This document shows, in pieces, positions 8,812-18,016 of a DNA stretch of 64,000 nucleotides (positions are counted from its first letter, which is position 1; each line of letters starts with the position of its first letter). Source of the stretch: Rhodothermales bacterium (GTDB lineage Bacteria > Bacteroidota > Rhodothermia > Rhodothermales > BA12). A model generated the notes under the pieces. The model made no database searches, had not been told where the DNA came from, and worked only from the letters and a program-made list of their open reading frames with translations. The stretch spans positions 3,891 to 67,890 of the forward strand of contig JACSSA010000109.1 in assembly GCA_014879465.1 (NCBI GenBank). Direction: 5' to 3'. Position numbers and translations under genes: made by a program.

Positions 8812-10080
8812 CTATCCCAAAAGCCGCGCCGCGTGACGGCGCACCTCCTCAGCCGAGAGTTCGCCGAGGTAGCCGTCTGTGACCTGTGCCGAGCCGTGGG
8901 CGTAGAGGCCCTGTATCTGGTCGTCGGTCAGTCCTGCCTCCCGCGCCAGCGCCCCAAACGTGTATCGAGCCACATGCGTCGTGACCTTTTTTCCCTCGAT
9001 GCCTGCCTCGGCTGACGCCCGTGCGAGTGCGGAGTTGATCGCGCTCGTAGCCTTCTTCACCGACGCGAAGACTTCCACGTCGGTTCGCGCCGCCCGCTTC
9101 GACATTTGCGGGGCCAGCATCGGTACCTGCGCTCGCGCAGCACGGTCGATCCAGCGCCCCAGTATCTCGGACGCACGGGGTGTGAGTGGAATCGAAAGCG
9201 GCTTGCCGGTTTTGCCCTGCCGAAAGGACACAGCCGACGGCACGCCGCCCGCGCTCGTCACCATCGCCGGGCGGAGGCGTAGCACGTCGCCCGCACGGGA
9301 GCCGAACAGGTCTACCGAGAGCAGGAAAAAATCCACCGCGTCTCGGAGCGCCTTCGACGGGCCGGCTTCGGCGTAGCGGGCGAGCATGTCCACCTCGTCG
9401 CGGGTAAGCCGGGCCTTGTCTGTCGCCTCTGACGGCATCGTGAACCCCACGAACGCGCTCGCGGCCGTGCCGACCGGTAGCGTCCCGGCGCCCTCAGCGT
9501 GACCAAGGGCAGCGCGTAGGCCACGCAGGGCCGAGGACCGACTGTTGGGGCGTAGCCCTTGTGTGCGTTCAAGGAATCGGTCGAACGCCTCCACGCCCGG
9601 GCGGCCCAGTGCCACGGCCACGAGCGGGGCGCGTCGGTGCTGCTCGAACGCTTCGACGTGGTGGATGATGGTGCGAATCTTGGCGGCCGAGGCGAGTGCA
9701 CCCCGCGCCTCCGCTTCAGCGCGCGCAGATTCAAGCAGCGCAGTCACCAGCACGTCGTCAGGCACGCGCTCCGACCTGCCCACCACGTTCAGCGCCGCCT
9801 CCCGTGCCGCCTCGACCGCGTGGGCGGCGTCGCCGTCCGCCCTCGCCTCGTGGTAGGCCGCTTCTGCGTCCGCTGCCATACGCGAAAGAAGGCGGTTGTG
9901 CGTGTCCGCATGGATGTAGGCCTTCCGCACCTCGCCGCGCGAGGCGTTCCACATAGCCCCCGGCAGGACAAGGCCAGACGATACGAACGTAGATTTTCGC
10001 AGCGCCGTGATGCGGAGGTACAGCCGCACGCGGCTTCCGGTGCCACGCACTGGGCGGGCAAGCAAGGTGAACGTTGCCAT
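8812..10080 (-). CDS. int: Tyrosine site-specific integrase
   Basis: The C-terminal catalytic region is HVARYTFGALAREAGL...LYAHGSAQVTDGYL (H-x-x-R...H...Y). An N-terminal SAM-like/arm region is present, and the gene is adjacent to a tRNA. Confidence 0.9.
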   Translation of the reverse strand: MATFTLLARPVRGTGSRVRLYLRITALRKSTFVSSGLVLPGAMWNASRGEVRKAYIHADTHNRLLSRMAADAEAAYHEARADGDAAHAVEAAREAALNVVGRSERVPDDVLVTALLESARAEAEARGALASAAKIRTIIHHVEAFEQHRRAPLVAVALGRPGVEAFDRFLERTQGLRPNSRSSALRGLRAALGHAEGAGTLPVGTAASAFVGFTMPSEATDKARLTRDEVDMLARYAEAGPSKALRDAVDFFLLSVDLFGSRAGDVLRLRPAMVTSAGGVPSAVSFRQGKTGKPLSIPLTPRASEILGRWIDRAARAQVPMLAPQMSKRAARTDVEVFASVKKATSAINSALARASAEAGIEGKKVTTHVARYTFGALAREAGLTDDQIQGLYAHGSAQVTDGYLGELSAEEVRRHAARLLG

Positions 10081-10159
10081 AGGGGTACAACACAGGGTGC
10101 GACGTAGGGTACAACAAAATCCCTACGCTCTGCCTACGCTACGGCTACGCAGTCGGACG

Positions 10160-10208
10160 GAAACAAGCAAAACGCCCCGGCTACGGGCGTTTTGCGTAGC
10201 CGGGGCGT
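10160..10208 (-). terminator. Rho-independent terminator downstream of tRNA-Val
   Basis: Perfect 14-bp stem acgccccggctacg (10172-10185) / cgtagccggggcgt (10195-10208), followed on the minus strand by TTTGCTTGTTT. Confidence 0.55.
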
Positions 10209-10217
10209 AATGAAATG

Positions 10218-10291
10218 TGGGCCTAGTAAGGATCGAACTTACGACCTCTCGCGTGTGAAGCGAGCGCTCTAAACCGCTGAGCTATAGGCCC
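10218..10291 (-). tRNA. tRNA-Val (anticodon CAC)
   Basis: Hand-folded cloverleaf. Acceptor GGGCCTA/TAGGCCC, D stem GCTC/GAGC, anticodon stem CTCGC/GCGAG with loop TTCACAC, T stem GTAAG/CTTAC with loop TTCGATC, discriminator A. No encoded CCA. Confidence 0.85.
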
Positions 10292-10357
10292 GGAGCCGCT
10301 ATGGCGGGCGGCAGGAGACGTAGAATACGGCAGCGCGGCCCGCCGCCGCAAGGCGCG

Positions 10358-10993
10358 TTAGCGGGCTGCACGGATTCTTAGCAGCGCGTCGCTTGTGGGT
10401 GCGTAGACGCTTCGCACGACGGGACGACGTGGCTCGGCCAGCGGCATAGCCAAGCGGGCTACGGCCGGACGCCGGGCGACGAACATCGCCGGTGCGTTGC
10501 TGGCCGACTCAGCCTGCGGCGCGGACGCAAGAGCGAGCGCCGCTCTCGCGTCGATCACATCGGTGGCGGCCATGCGGGGGTCGGGATGAGCGTACAGTCC
10601 AAACCGGGCAATGGTGACTGCACTCAGCACCAGAAGCAGCAGTGCCGAGCGGACGAGCAGCGCCGAAGTGTACGCCTCGGCGCTGCCGGTTGGAGCAGTT
10701 GTGCGGCGGGTGGTGCCGCGCCGTCCGGGAAGATGCACCGATACGGGAGCCTCTAAGCCTTCGGCGGCCAGCCGGCGATGAAGGGCTGCCACGAAGTCGC
10801 AGGGGGCTTTGGGCGCTGTGCTGCGGCAGCACAGCCGCCGAGTCTGCACGAGCCGCGCCACATGCGCAGCCAGCCGCGCATCGCCGCGAACGCGCTCGTC
10901 GAAAGCGGCCTGCTCGGCAGGAGGCATCTCACCGTCCACATACGCGCACAGGAACTCGGAGAGCCACGGATACGGGTCGTCGCAAGGCGTCAT
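10358..10993 (-). CDS. Anti-sigma factor (zf-HC2-like N-terminus)
   Basis: N-terminal LSEFLCAYVDGEMPPAEQAAFDERV...H..C pattern, a central TM helix, and position directly downstream of an ECF sigma gene. Confidence 0.65.
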   Translation of the reverse strand: MTPCDDPYPWLSEFLCAYVDGEMPPAEQAAFDERVRGDARLAAHVARLVQTRRLCCRSTAPKAPCDFVAALHRRLAAEGLEAPVSVHLPGRRGTTRRTTAPTGSAEAYTSALLVRSALLLLVLSAVTIARFGLYAHPDPRMAATDVIDARAALALASAPQAESASNAPAMFVARRPAVARLAMPLAEPRRPVVRSVYAPTSDALLRIRAAR

Positions 10994-11079
10994 GCAGCGG
11001 TGTGGGCAAATCTACTTCCCGTAGGAAAGACCAACCCCGCCAGTCGGTTCCGAAGCCAAGCGGCCGATCTCTCCGGCGA

Positions 11080-11736
11080 TCAAAGCCAGTCGTCCTCGTC
11101 GGGCGTGTAGACGTCTCGGAGGAGTTGCTGGAGCTTGGTGCGACCCCGGTTGATGCGGCTCTTGACCGTGCCCATCGGCAGGCCCGTGATCTCGGCGATT
11201 TCCTCGTAGGCGAGCTGCTGGATGTCGCGCAGCACCACGACCTCGCGGAACTCGTCGGGGATCTGGGCGAAGGCCTTCTGGATGGCGTCCTCTTGAAGCG
11301 CACCGTTGGCCGACGTATCCGGGCGGAACGTCTCGTCGGGAATCTCAACCTCGTACTCCTCGCTGTCGCGGTTGATGCCTTGGAGGCTGGTCACGCGGCG
11401 GCGGCGGCGCTTGCGGTACTCCGAGCGGGCGAGGTTGCCGGCGATGGTGTAGAGCCACGTCGAGAAGCGGGCGATGCGGCGATAGCTGTGGCGGTTGCGG
11501 AAGACGCGCAAGAACGTCTCCTGCAACAGGTCTTCGGACTCGCGGGCGTCGCCGAGGAAGCGATACAGGTAGGCCGCCAGCGGATCTTTGTAGCGGGCCA
11601 CGAGCAGGTCGAAGGCCTCAACGGATCCGTTCTGAAAGGCTTGCATCAAGTCCTCGTCGTCCATCTGGGCCAGTGAACGCTGGCGGCGTTCGATGGCCGA
11701 GACAGGGCGACGGAGCGTGACGGTGGAAGTGGACAT
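11080..11736 (-). CDS. RNA polymerase ECF-type sigma-70 factor
   Basis: Region 2 reads DLLQETFLRVFRNRHSY. Region 4 HTH reads QQLAYEEIAEITGLPMGTVKSRINRGRTKL. Confidence 0.9.
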   Translation of the reverse strand: MSTSTVTLRRPVSAIERRQRSLAQMDDEDLMQAFQNGSVEAFDLLVARYKDPLAAYLYRFLGDARESEDLLQETFLRVFRNRHSYRRIARFSTWLYTIAGNLARSEYRKRRRRRVTSLQGINRDSEEYEVEIPDETFRPDTSANGALQEDAIQKAFAQIPDEFREVVVLRDIQQLAYEEIAEITGLPMGTVKSRINRGRTKLQQLLRDVYTPDEDDWL

Positions 11737-11789
11737 GCGATTAGGTGTTAGGTTTCAAAAGCGGGGGCGGCGCTTCGCAAGCCTTCGGT

Positions 11790-12842
11790 TCACGGTCGCG
11801 AAGGCGCGAGCAGGCGGCGCAGCAGCAGCAGCAGCACAAGGCGCTCGTCGCGGGCGGAGCCGCCCTTGAGTTCGTAGTCGGCGGCGAGTAGGGCGGCGAA
11901 GGCGGCATCGAGGCGCGGGGCCGGGAAGCGCCCGAGCGTTTGGAGGTACTCTTTGACGACGAACGGTGGGATGCCCACGTCCGACGCCATCGCCGATTCG
12001 GAGGCCCGTCGGGCGACGAGGCCGGAGAGTTTGTGCAACTTGGCAAAGAACGACGCGAGCAAGGCCACGATTTTCAGCGCCTCGCCGCGCGTATTGGCCG
12101 CTTGTTGCAACAAACGTTCCGCGATGGTTGCGGCTCGGTCGAATCGGTCGTCTCCGACAGCCTTTTGCAGCTCAAACACGTTGAAATCGCGGTTTTGGCC
12201 CGATGCAGCGAGGATATCCTCCGGAGTAACGTCCGAACGCGTGCCAACGTGTGCGGCCAATTTGTCGGCTTCGCTGGCCGCCGTCTGCAAATCCGTCCCC
12301 ACGAGGTCTGCCAGCATGGCAGCCGCTTGAGGTTCGAGTCGAAAACCGAGACGTTTGAGGTATCCCGTCACCCAGCCCGTCATCTCGCGGGGTTTGAGCG
12401 GCTTGAACTCGCCCCACGCCGCGCTCGCCTTGAGGGCGCGGTACGGGTGCTGGTTGAGGTTGGGTTTGGTGCGGCAGCAGAGCAGCACCACCGCCGTCGG
12501 GTTGGGGCGCTCGGCGTAGGCCTGGAAGAGGGCGTTGCCCTTGAGCTTCTCAAAGTCGCGCACCACCACCACGCGCCGCTCCGCCATCATCGGGAAGGCG
12601 CTGCACATCGCCACGACCTGCACCCCGTCGGCCTCTGCGCCATAAACCAGGTCAAGGTTGAAATCGCGCTCGTGCGGCGCGAGCGCCGTCTCCACCAGCC
12701 GACGCTGCACCTGCTCGATCAGGTACTGCTCTTCACCGTACAGGAAATAGAGCGGCTGGAAGTTGCGGGCCTTGAAGGCCGTTTCGAGCTGGTCGAAGGA
12801 CAGCGACACGGGCGGCAGGAGGCGTGGAGGAAGAGGCCACAC
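11790..12842 (-). CDS. holA: DNA polymerase III delta subunit
   Basis: PLYFLYGEEQYLIEQ near the N-terminus, about 350 aa, and the typical delta-subunit helical C-terminal domain. Confidence 0.8.
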   Translation of the reverse strand: MWPLPPRLLPPVSLSFDQLETAFKARNFQPLYFLYGEEQYLIEQVQRRLVETALAPHERDFNLDLVYGAEADGVQVVAMCSAFPMMAERRVVVVRDFEKLKGNALFQAYAERPNPTAVVLLCCRTKPNLNQHPYRALKASAAWGEFKPLKPREMTGWVTGYLKRLGFRLEPQAAAMLADLVGTDLQTAASEADKLAAHVGTRSDVTPEDILAASGQNRDFNVFELQKAVGDDRFDRAATIAERLLQQAANTRGEALKIVALLASFFAKLHKLSGLVARRASESAMASDVGIPPFVVKEYLQTLGRFPAPRLDAAFAALLAADYELKGGSARDERLVLLLLLRRLLAPSRP

Positions 12843-12921
12843 GAACCGGAAAGATCGTACCGCGGGGTGACAACCCTATGGCACACCTTTGGCTCCGTGC
12901 TGCAACGGTTGGATGGCTTCC

Positions 12922-13347
12922 TCAGCGTCGCTGCGCCTCAAACAGGTACGCGCCGATGGTGCGAAGCGCGTCGGCGTCGGCGAGGATGGCACGCCGCAGA
13001 TACGCCTCCACCGGCTCGCCCGAGGGCATCGGCGCGGCCCAATCGTGGGCGTCGAAGGCGTCGGCGAGGGCGTCGCGGCCCTGCACAAATCGGTCGAGGC
13101 GTTCGGCCACGGCGAACGCCTCGGGCATCGGCCCCGCCTTGCCGGTCAGGTCGGCGTGGCGCTCGGCGTCGGCACGGGCAAGCGCGTCGAGGGTTTCGGC
13201 AAACGATGGTACGTCCGGGCGCGGGCGTTCCTCCAGCAGCGGCCCTTCGAGGCGCGGCAGCAGCGGCGTCATCAGCGTGAGTTCGTCGCGGAGGTAGCGC
13301 AGTTGATCGATCAGCGCGGCGCGGCGGACGTCGGCGGGCGGTGGCAT
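12922..13347 (-). CDS. Hypothetical protein
   Basis: ATG at 13347 within the composite track ORF 12922-14130. It is separated by 2 nt from the nuoI stop. Confidence 0.5.
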   Translation of the reverse strand: MPPPADVRRAALIDQLRYLRDELTLMTPLLPRLEGPLLEERPRPDVPSFAETLDALARADAERHADLTGKAGPMPEAFAVAERLDRFVQGRDALADAFDAHDWAAPMPSGEPVEAYLRRAILADADALRTIGAYLFEAQRR

Positions 13348-13349
13348 CG

Positions 13350-14054
13350 TCAGGCCGCGGCCGTTTCCGAGCGTTCGCCGCCCCACGCGCGGTCGGCGGC
13401 GGTGAGCGTGACGTCGCGCAGGTGCGTGTCTTCCAGTTCGGTCATGCCCTCGCCCATCAGCCAATCGAGGAAGCGCTGGTCTTTGAGCGAGTGCAGGTTG
13501 TTGTCCTCGCGGTACTGCCACGGCTGCTCGGCCTGCACGGGATTCTTGTAGGCGTCGAGGAAGCGGAAACGGTCCACGAGCCGCTCGGCGGGCACGAGCA
13601 GCTTGTTCAGCCCGAACACGGCCTCTTGGCGGCTTTGGAACGTGAGGTCGTATTCCTTCGACATCACGATGGCCTCTTCCGGGCACACCTCTTCGCAGAA
13701 GCCGCAGTAGATGCAGCGCAGCATGTTGATCTCGAACCACGCCGGCTCGCGCTCCTTCACGTTCTCGACCTCGCGGCTCTGCATCGAAATCGCCATCGGC
13801 GGGCAGGCGCGGGCGCACAGGTTGCACGACACGCAGCGCGGACGGCCCTCTTCCTCCACCAACACCGGACGGCCCCGGTACACGTCGGGCGGGTACCACT
13901 GCTCCTCGGGGTACTCGAACGTGTAGATGGGTTCGCTCACCATCTTCTTGAACGAGTAGCCGAGGCCGCCGAAGACCTGCGGCATGAACGTCTTCTCCCA
14001 GAACGAGAGCTTGCGTTCGTCGGGCGTGGCGGTGTTTTTGGGGATGCCGGCCAT
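13350..14054 (-). CDS. nuoI: NADH-quinone oxidoreductase subunit I (2x[4Fe-4S])
   Basis: Two ferredoxin motifs, CVSCNLCARACP and CIYCGFCEEVCP. Confidence 0.85.
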   Translation of the reverse strand: MAGIPKNTATPDERKLSFWEKTFMPQVFGGLGYSFKKMVSEPIYTFEYPEEQWYPPDVYRGRPVLVEEEGRPRCVSCNLCARACPPMAISMQSREVENVKEREPAWFEINMLRCIYCGFCEEVCPEEAIVMSKEYDLTFQSRQEAVFGLNKLLVPAERLVDRFRFLDAYKNPVQAEQPWQYREDNNLHSLKDQRFLDWLMGEGMTELEDTHLRDVTLTAADRAWGGERSETAAA

Positions 14055-14173
14055 GGAGGAGTGGAAACGTCGAGGCGAGAAGGTGCAGGAAGATACGGGA
14101 CAACGGCGAGCGCCGAGCGGCGAGCGTCACGCGAAGATGCCGCTTTCATTCGCCGTTCGTCGTTCGGCGCTCG

Positions 14174-14551
14174 TCATTTCGGCACAATCTGGCCTTGCGG
14201 GGTGATGCGCTGGCCGGGGCCGGGGCGGGTGGTCGGGAACTGCCCGATGTCGACGTCCGGATCGCGGTCTTTGGGGACGAAGTGCGAGTGGCTGCCGTGC
14301 GGGACTTCCGTGTAGTCGGCGTCGCCGTACGGGTTCAAAACCTGCCGCATCAGGAAGAAGAGAAAGACGGCAAGGACCGCGAGGACGATCCAGCGTCGGC
14401 GAGAGCGGGGCGAAGCAGGGGGCGGAGACGGATTCACGGGTGCGGTCGGATGCCCACGCCAACGACGCGCCCGCGCCGTGGGTTGCTTGGCGCACCCAAC
14501 CGGCTCGCGGCGTGCGTATTGTACCGGCCGGCGGGATGCGAACCTTTGCAC
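14174..14551 (-). CDS. Small membrane protein, start uncertain
   Basis: TM helix WIVLAVLAVFLFFLM followed by a His-rich segment PHGSHSHF. The N-terminal third of the ORF is probably not translated. Confidence 0.35.
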   Translation of the reverse strand: MQRFASRRPVQYARREPVGCAKQPTARARRWRGHPTAPVNPSPPPASPRSRRRWIVLAVLAVFLFFLMRQVLNPYGDADYTEVPHGSHSHFVPKDRDPDVDIGQFPTTRPGPGQRITPQGQIVPK

Positions 14552-14593
14552 ATGAACCGCTCGTTGCGGCGTTCATACGCACGGTACCCTCCC

Positions 14594-14620
14594 GGAGACG
14601 CCCCGGTGGGACGTCTCTAC
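14594..14620. repeat. REP-like palindromic element, copy 1
   Basis: ggagacgcccc-ggt-gggacgtctctac. Related copies lie at 57031-57057 and 61352-61380. Confidence 0.7.
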
Positions 14621-14653
14621 GCGTGAAACTCCGGCACGAAACCCCTTGCCCCT

Positions 14654-16297
14654 ATGCGCCGATTCGTTGCGATGCCCCTGCTGCTCGCCGCGCTCGCCCC
14701 TACAGCCTCGGCTCAGCCCGCGCCGCTCCGCCGCACGCCGTCGCCCGGCCTCGACGTGCTCCACTACGCCTTCCGGATTGCGCTGTACGACACCTCCGAC
14801 CGCATTGAAGGCACAGCCACCGTCACCGCGGCCGCCACGCAGTCGCTTTCGGAAATCGTCCTCGACCTCGTCGGCGTAGGAGCTGATGGCAAGGGCATGA
14901 CGGTGACGGGCGTGTCCGAGCCGTTCGACGGCTGCTCCGCCGCGTGCTCGCCGTCGCCGGTGCGCTTTGCCCAGCGCGACGGACTGCTCGTGCTCGACCG
15001 TCCGCTGGCCGTGGGCGACACCGTTGCGCTGACCATCGCCTACACGGGCGTGCCCGCCGACGGCCTCGTCATTTCCCGCAATCGCCACCGCGACCGCACG
15101 TTTTTCGGCGACAACTGGCCGATGCGCGCCCGCTACTGGCTCCCCACGAACGACCACCTGACCGACAAAGCGACCGTGACGTTCGACGTGTCAGCCCCCT
15201 CAGGCTACCGCGTCGTGGCCAACGGACGCCGCGTTTCTGCCGAAGCGCTGCCCAGTAACCGCCTCCGCACCGTCTACCGCTCCGACGTGCCGATTCCGCC
15301 GAAGGTGATGGTGATCGGAGCGGCCCCGTTCGCCGTCCAGACCGTCGGGGAGCTTCGGCCCGGCGTGCCGGTCGAGTCGTGGGTGTTCCGGCAGGATTCG
15401 ACCGCCGGGTTCTTCGACTACGCCCTCGCGCTGCCCATCGCCGCGTACTTCGACTCGCTGATCGCGCCGTACCCGTACGAGAAGCTGGCGAACGTGCAGT
15501 CCAAGACGATCTACGGCGGGATGGAGAACAGCGGGGCCATTTTCTACCACGAAGGCTCCGTCACGGGCGACCGTTCCAGCGAAAGCCTCCTCGCCCACGA
15601 GATCGCCCACCAATGGTTCGGCGACGGCGCGACCGAGGCGGACTGGCCGCACCTGTGGCTCTCCGAAGGGTTCGCGACGTACCTCACCGAGGTCTACCTC
15701 GAACGCCGCTACGGTACGCCGCGCCTGCGCGAGAACATGGCCCAAGCCCGCGAGCAGGTGGTGGGCTTCCTCCGCCAGACGCCGCTGCCGCTCGTAGACA
15801 CCGTGACGGCCAACGTTTCGGAGATGCTCACGGCCAACCCGTACCAGCGCGGCGCGTGGGTGCTGCACATGCTCCGGCAGCGCGTCGGCGACGGGGCGTT
15901 CTTCGACGGCCTCCGCCGCTACTACGCCGCCCACGGCTATCAACCGGACGGCACCGCCGGGCCGAACGCCACCACCGACGATTTCCGCCGGGCGATGGAG
16001 GCGTCGTCGGGGCAAAACCTGCGGACGTTCTTCGACCAATGGACGCGCCGCTCCGACGTGCCGCGCCTTGCCACGACGCACCGCTACGATGCCCGGCGGC
16101 GGCAGCTCGTGGTGACGGTGCATCAAACCCAGCCGGGTGCGCCGTTCGCGTTTCCGCTCGCGGTCGACGTGGGCGGATCGCGCCGCACGCTCGACGTGAG
16201 GCAGCGGCGGCAGACGTTCCGAATTCCGACCCGGACGCGCCCGGCGACGGTCGTGTTCGACCCCGACACCGCGTTGCTGTTCGAGGCCGCGCCGTAA
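14654..16297 (+). CDS. M1-family zinc aminopeptidase (secreted)
   Basis: GMENSGA exopeptidase motif, HEIAHQWFGD zinc site, downstream WLSEGFATY, and an N-terminal signal peptide. Confidence 0.9.
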   Translation: MRRFVAMPLLLAALAPTASAQPAPLRRTPSPGLDVLHYAFRIALYDTSDRIEGTATVTAAATQSLSEIVLDLVGVGADGKGMTVTGVSEPFDGCSAACSPSPVRFAQRDGLLVLDRPLAVGDTVALTIAYTGVPADGLVISRNRHRDRTFFGDNWPMRARYWLPTNDHLTDKATVTFDVSAPSGYRVVANGRRVSAEALPSNRLRTVYRSDVPIPPKVMVIGAAPFAVQTVGELRPGVPVESWVFRQDSTAGFFDYALALPIAAYFDSLIAPYPYEKLANVQSKTIYGGMENSGAIFYHEGSVTGDRSSESLLAHEIAHQWFGDGATEADWPHLWLSEGFATYLTEVYLERRYGTPRLRENMAQAREQVVGFLRQTPLPLVDTVTANVSEMLTANPYQRGAWVLHMLRQRVGDGAFFDGLRRYYAAHGYQPDGTAGPNATTDDFRRAMEASSGQNLRTFFDQWTRRSDVPRLATTHRYDARRRQLVVTVHQTQPGAPFAFPLAVDVGGSRRTLDVRQRRQTFRIPTRTRPATVVFDPDTALLFEAAP

Positions 16298-16345
16298 CAA
16301 GTCGGCCCTCACGGCGTTCAGGTGGAACGTTCCCCCTTCGTCCGT

Positions 16346-17194
16346 ATGCGTCCGCTGTTGCTGCTGCTTGCCGCCGCGTGCGTGGCCGGGTGCGACAGCG
16401 AGAAGCCGTCGTTTCGCGAGGACCTCGTGCTCGAAGCGTTCTTCGATACCGGACGCCCGATGCCCGACGTGCTGGTGCGCCGGACGCTCCCGCCTTCCGA
16501 AACCCTCGGCGACGACCGGGTGGACGATGCGGTGGTGGTGCTCTACGACGGTTTTCGCGCCGATACGCTACGCCCGGTGCCCGGCAAGGCCGGGCGCTAC
16601 CGCGCCTCGCCGCGCTCCGACACCGTCCGGGCTTCTGGGCATTACGCCCTCACGCTTCGGCGGGGCAATACGACGGTCTCGGCCAGCACGGTTGCGCCAC
16701 CGCGTTTGCAACTGACAGCGGCTCGGGTGTTTCCGTCCGCGACACCCGAACGCGGCGTCAACTTCGATCTCACGGGCCTTGGCCTTGGCGCTACCGTCGC
16801 CAACGGCTATTTTTACGCCGTCGATGTGGAGTTGGAGTGGGCAGCAAGGCTGGATTCCGCGCTTGTCGTACGCGCCAACCTCCGCCCCTCTACCGAAGTT
16901 AGCGGCACGCTCTTCTTTCCCGCGGATGTCGTGGTGGCCGAGGCGGCGGCGGGCGACGCGCGGGGGGCGCATCGGCTGTGGCGTCGGCGCTACCTTATAG
17001 CCGTAAGTGGGCCAGATGCGCCTTTGCCACGCCACCGGGTGCGCGTGGCCCTCGTGCGTGGCGGCGGCGACTACCGCCGGTTCGTCGAAACCCGCCGGAC
17101 GCCCACGCAGCGCTCGCCCACGTCGAACGTCGTTGGCGGCCTCGGCATCGTGGCGGGCGTCTCTGCGGACTCGCTCACCCTCGACGTGGAATAA
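16346..17194 (+). CDS. Lipoprotein, possibly DUF4249-like
   Basis: MRPLLLLLAAACVAGC contains a lipobox. The family call is weak. Confidence 0.55.
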   Translation: MRPLLLLLAAACVAGCDSEKPSFREDLVLEAFFDTGRPMPDVLVRRTLPPSETLGDDRVDDAVVVLYDGFRADTLRPVPGKAGRYRASPRSDTVRASGHYALTLRRGNTTVSASTVAPPRLQLTAARVFPSATPERGVNFDLTGLGLGATVANGYFYAVDVELEWAARLDSALVVRANLRPSTEVSGTLFFPADVVVAEAAAGDARGAHRLWRRRYLIAVSGPDAPLPRHRVRVALVRGGGDYRRFVETRRTPTQRSPTSNVVGGLGIVAGVSADSLTLDVE

Positions 17195-17222
17195 ACTTCG
17201 TCCTCTCTCAACCTCTGCCGCC

Positions 17223-17957
17223 TTGATCGAAGCATCGTCCAGCCCATTGGGAATTCTGAACCTACGCCTCAACCGCCCGGAGAAGAAGAATGCGCTCACG
17301 GTCGAGATGTACGCCGCACTCGCCGACGCGCTCGCAGAGGCCAACACCGACGGCACGCGCGTGGTCGTGCTCGCGGGCGAGGGCGGAGCGCTTACCGCGG
17401 GCAACGATTTGGCCGACTTTATGGCCCGGCCGCCCACCGGCCCCGACAGTCCGGTGTTCCGCTTTCTGCGTGCGCTTGCCGATTTGGCGGTGCCGCTTGT
17501 CGTGGCGGTGCGTGGCCCGGCTGTGGGCGTGGGCACGACGTTGCTGCTGCATGCCGACCTTGCCTACGCCGCCGATGACGCCGTATTCCTCACGCCGTTC
17601 ACGGCGCTCGGTCTGGTGCCGGAAGCGGCTTCCAGCCTACTGCTGCCGCAACGCATCGGTCCGGCTAAGGCGGCGGAGCTGCTGCTGCTTGGGCGCAAGA
17701 TGCTTGCCGACGAAGCCGCCGCGTGCGGGCTGATCAATGCCGTTGTAGCCGATCCGGACGCTGCCGCACATGCTGCCGCCGAACGCCTTGCCGCACTTCC
17801 CGCCGATGCTGTCCGTCAGACGAAAGCGCTGCTGCGCAAACCGTTGCGCGATGCCGTTGATGCCGCACTTGAAGCCGAAGGCGCGGTATTTCTCGACCGC
17901 CTTCACGCCGACGACACCCGCGCCATCCTTGGTGCGTGGCTGAGTGGGAGACGATGA
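17223..17957 (+). CDS. Enoyl-CoA hydratase/isomerase family protein
   Basis: LNLRLNRPEKKNAL, GEGGALTAGNDL and AVRGPAVGVGTTLLLHADL motifs. A TTG start is assumed. Confidence 0.8.
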   Translation: MIEASSSPLGILNLRLNRPEKKNALTVEMYAALADALAEANTDGTRVVVLAGEGGALTAGNDLADFMARPPTGPDSPVFRFLRALADLAVPLVVAVRGPAVGVGTTLLLHADLAYAADDAVFLTPFTALGLVPEAASSLLLPQRIGPAKAAELLLLGRKMLADEAAACGLINAVVADPDAAAHAAAERLAALPADAVRQTKALLRKPLRDAVDAALEAEGAVFLDRLHADDTRAILGAWLSGRR

Positions 17958-18016
17958 GGGGGGATGATGTGTATGGTGTTTGGAATAGGGGCTAATCATT
18001 ACGCCCTACACCGTAC

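Larger units (their letters stand above)
1..10217. mobile_element. Integrase-type prophage/integrative element, right-hand part (left boundary outside window), abutting tRNA-Val
   Basis: Continuous plus-strand operon of tightly coupled small genes (ATGA/GTGA/TAATG overlaps). It ends in Xis-like and convergent tyrosine integrase genes 137 bp from the 3' end of tRNA-Val, a typical tRNA-targeting layout. Confidence 0.6.

Noticed and set aside
12922-14130. Single 402-aa minus-strand ORF spanning this interval.
   Set aside because: It is a composite. The nuoI frame (13350-14054, two 4Fe-4S motifs) is the real gene over most of it. Only the C-terminal 141 codons (12922-13347) look like genuine protein.
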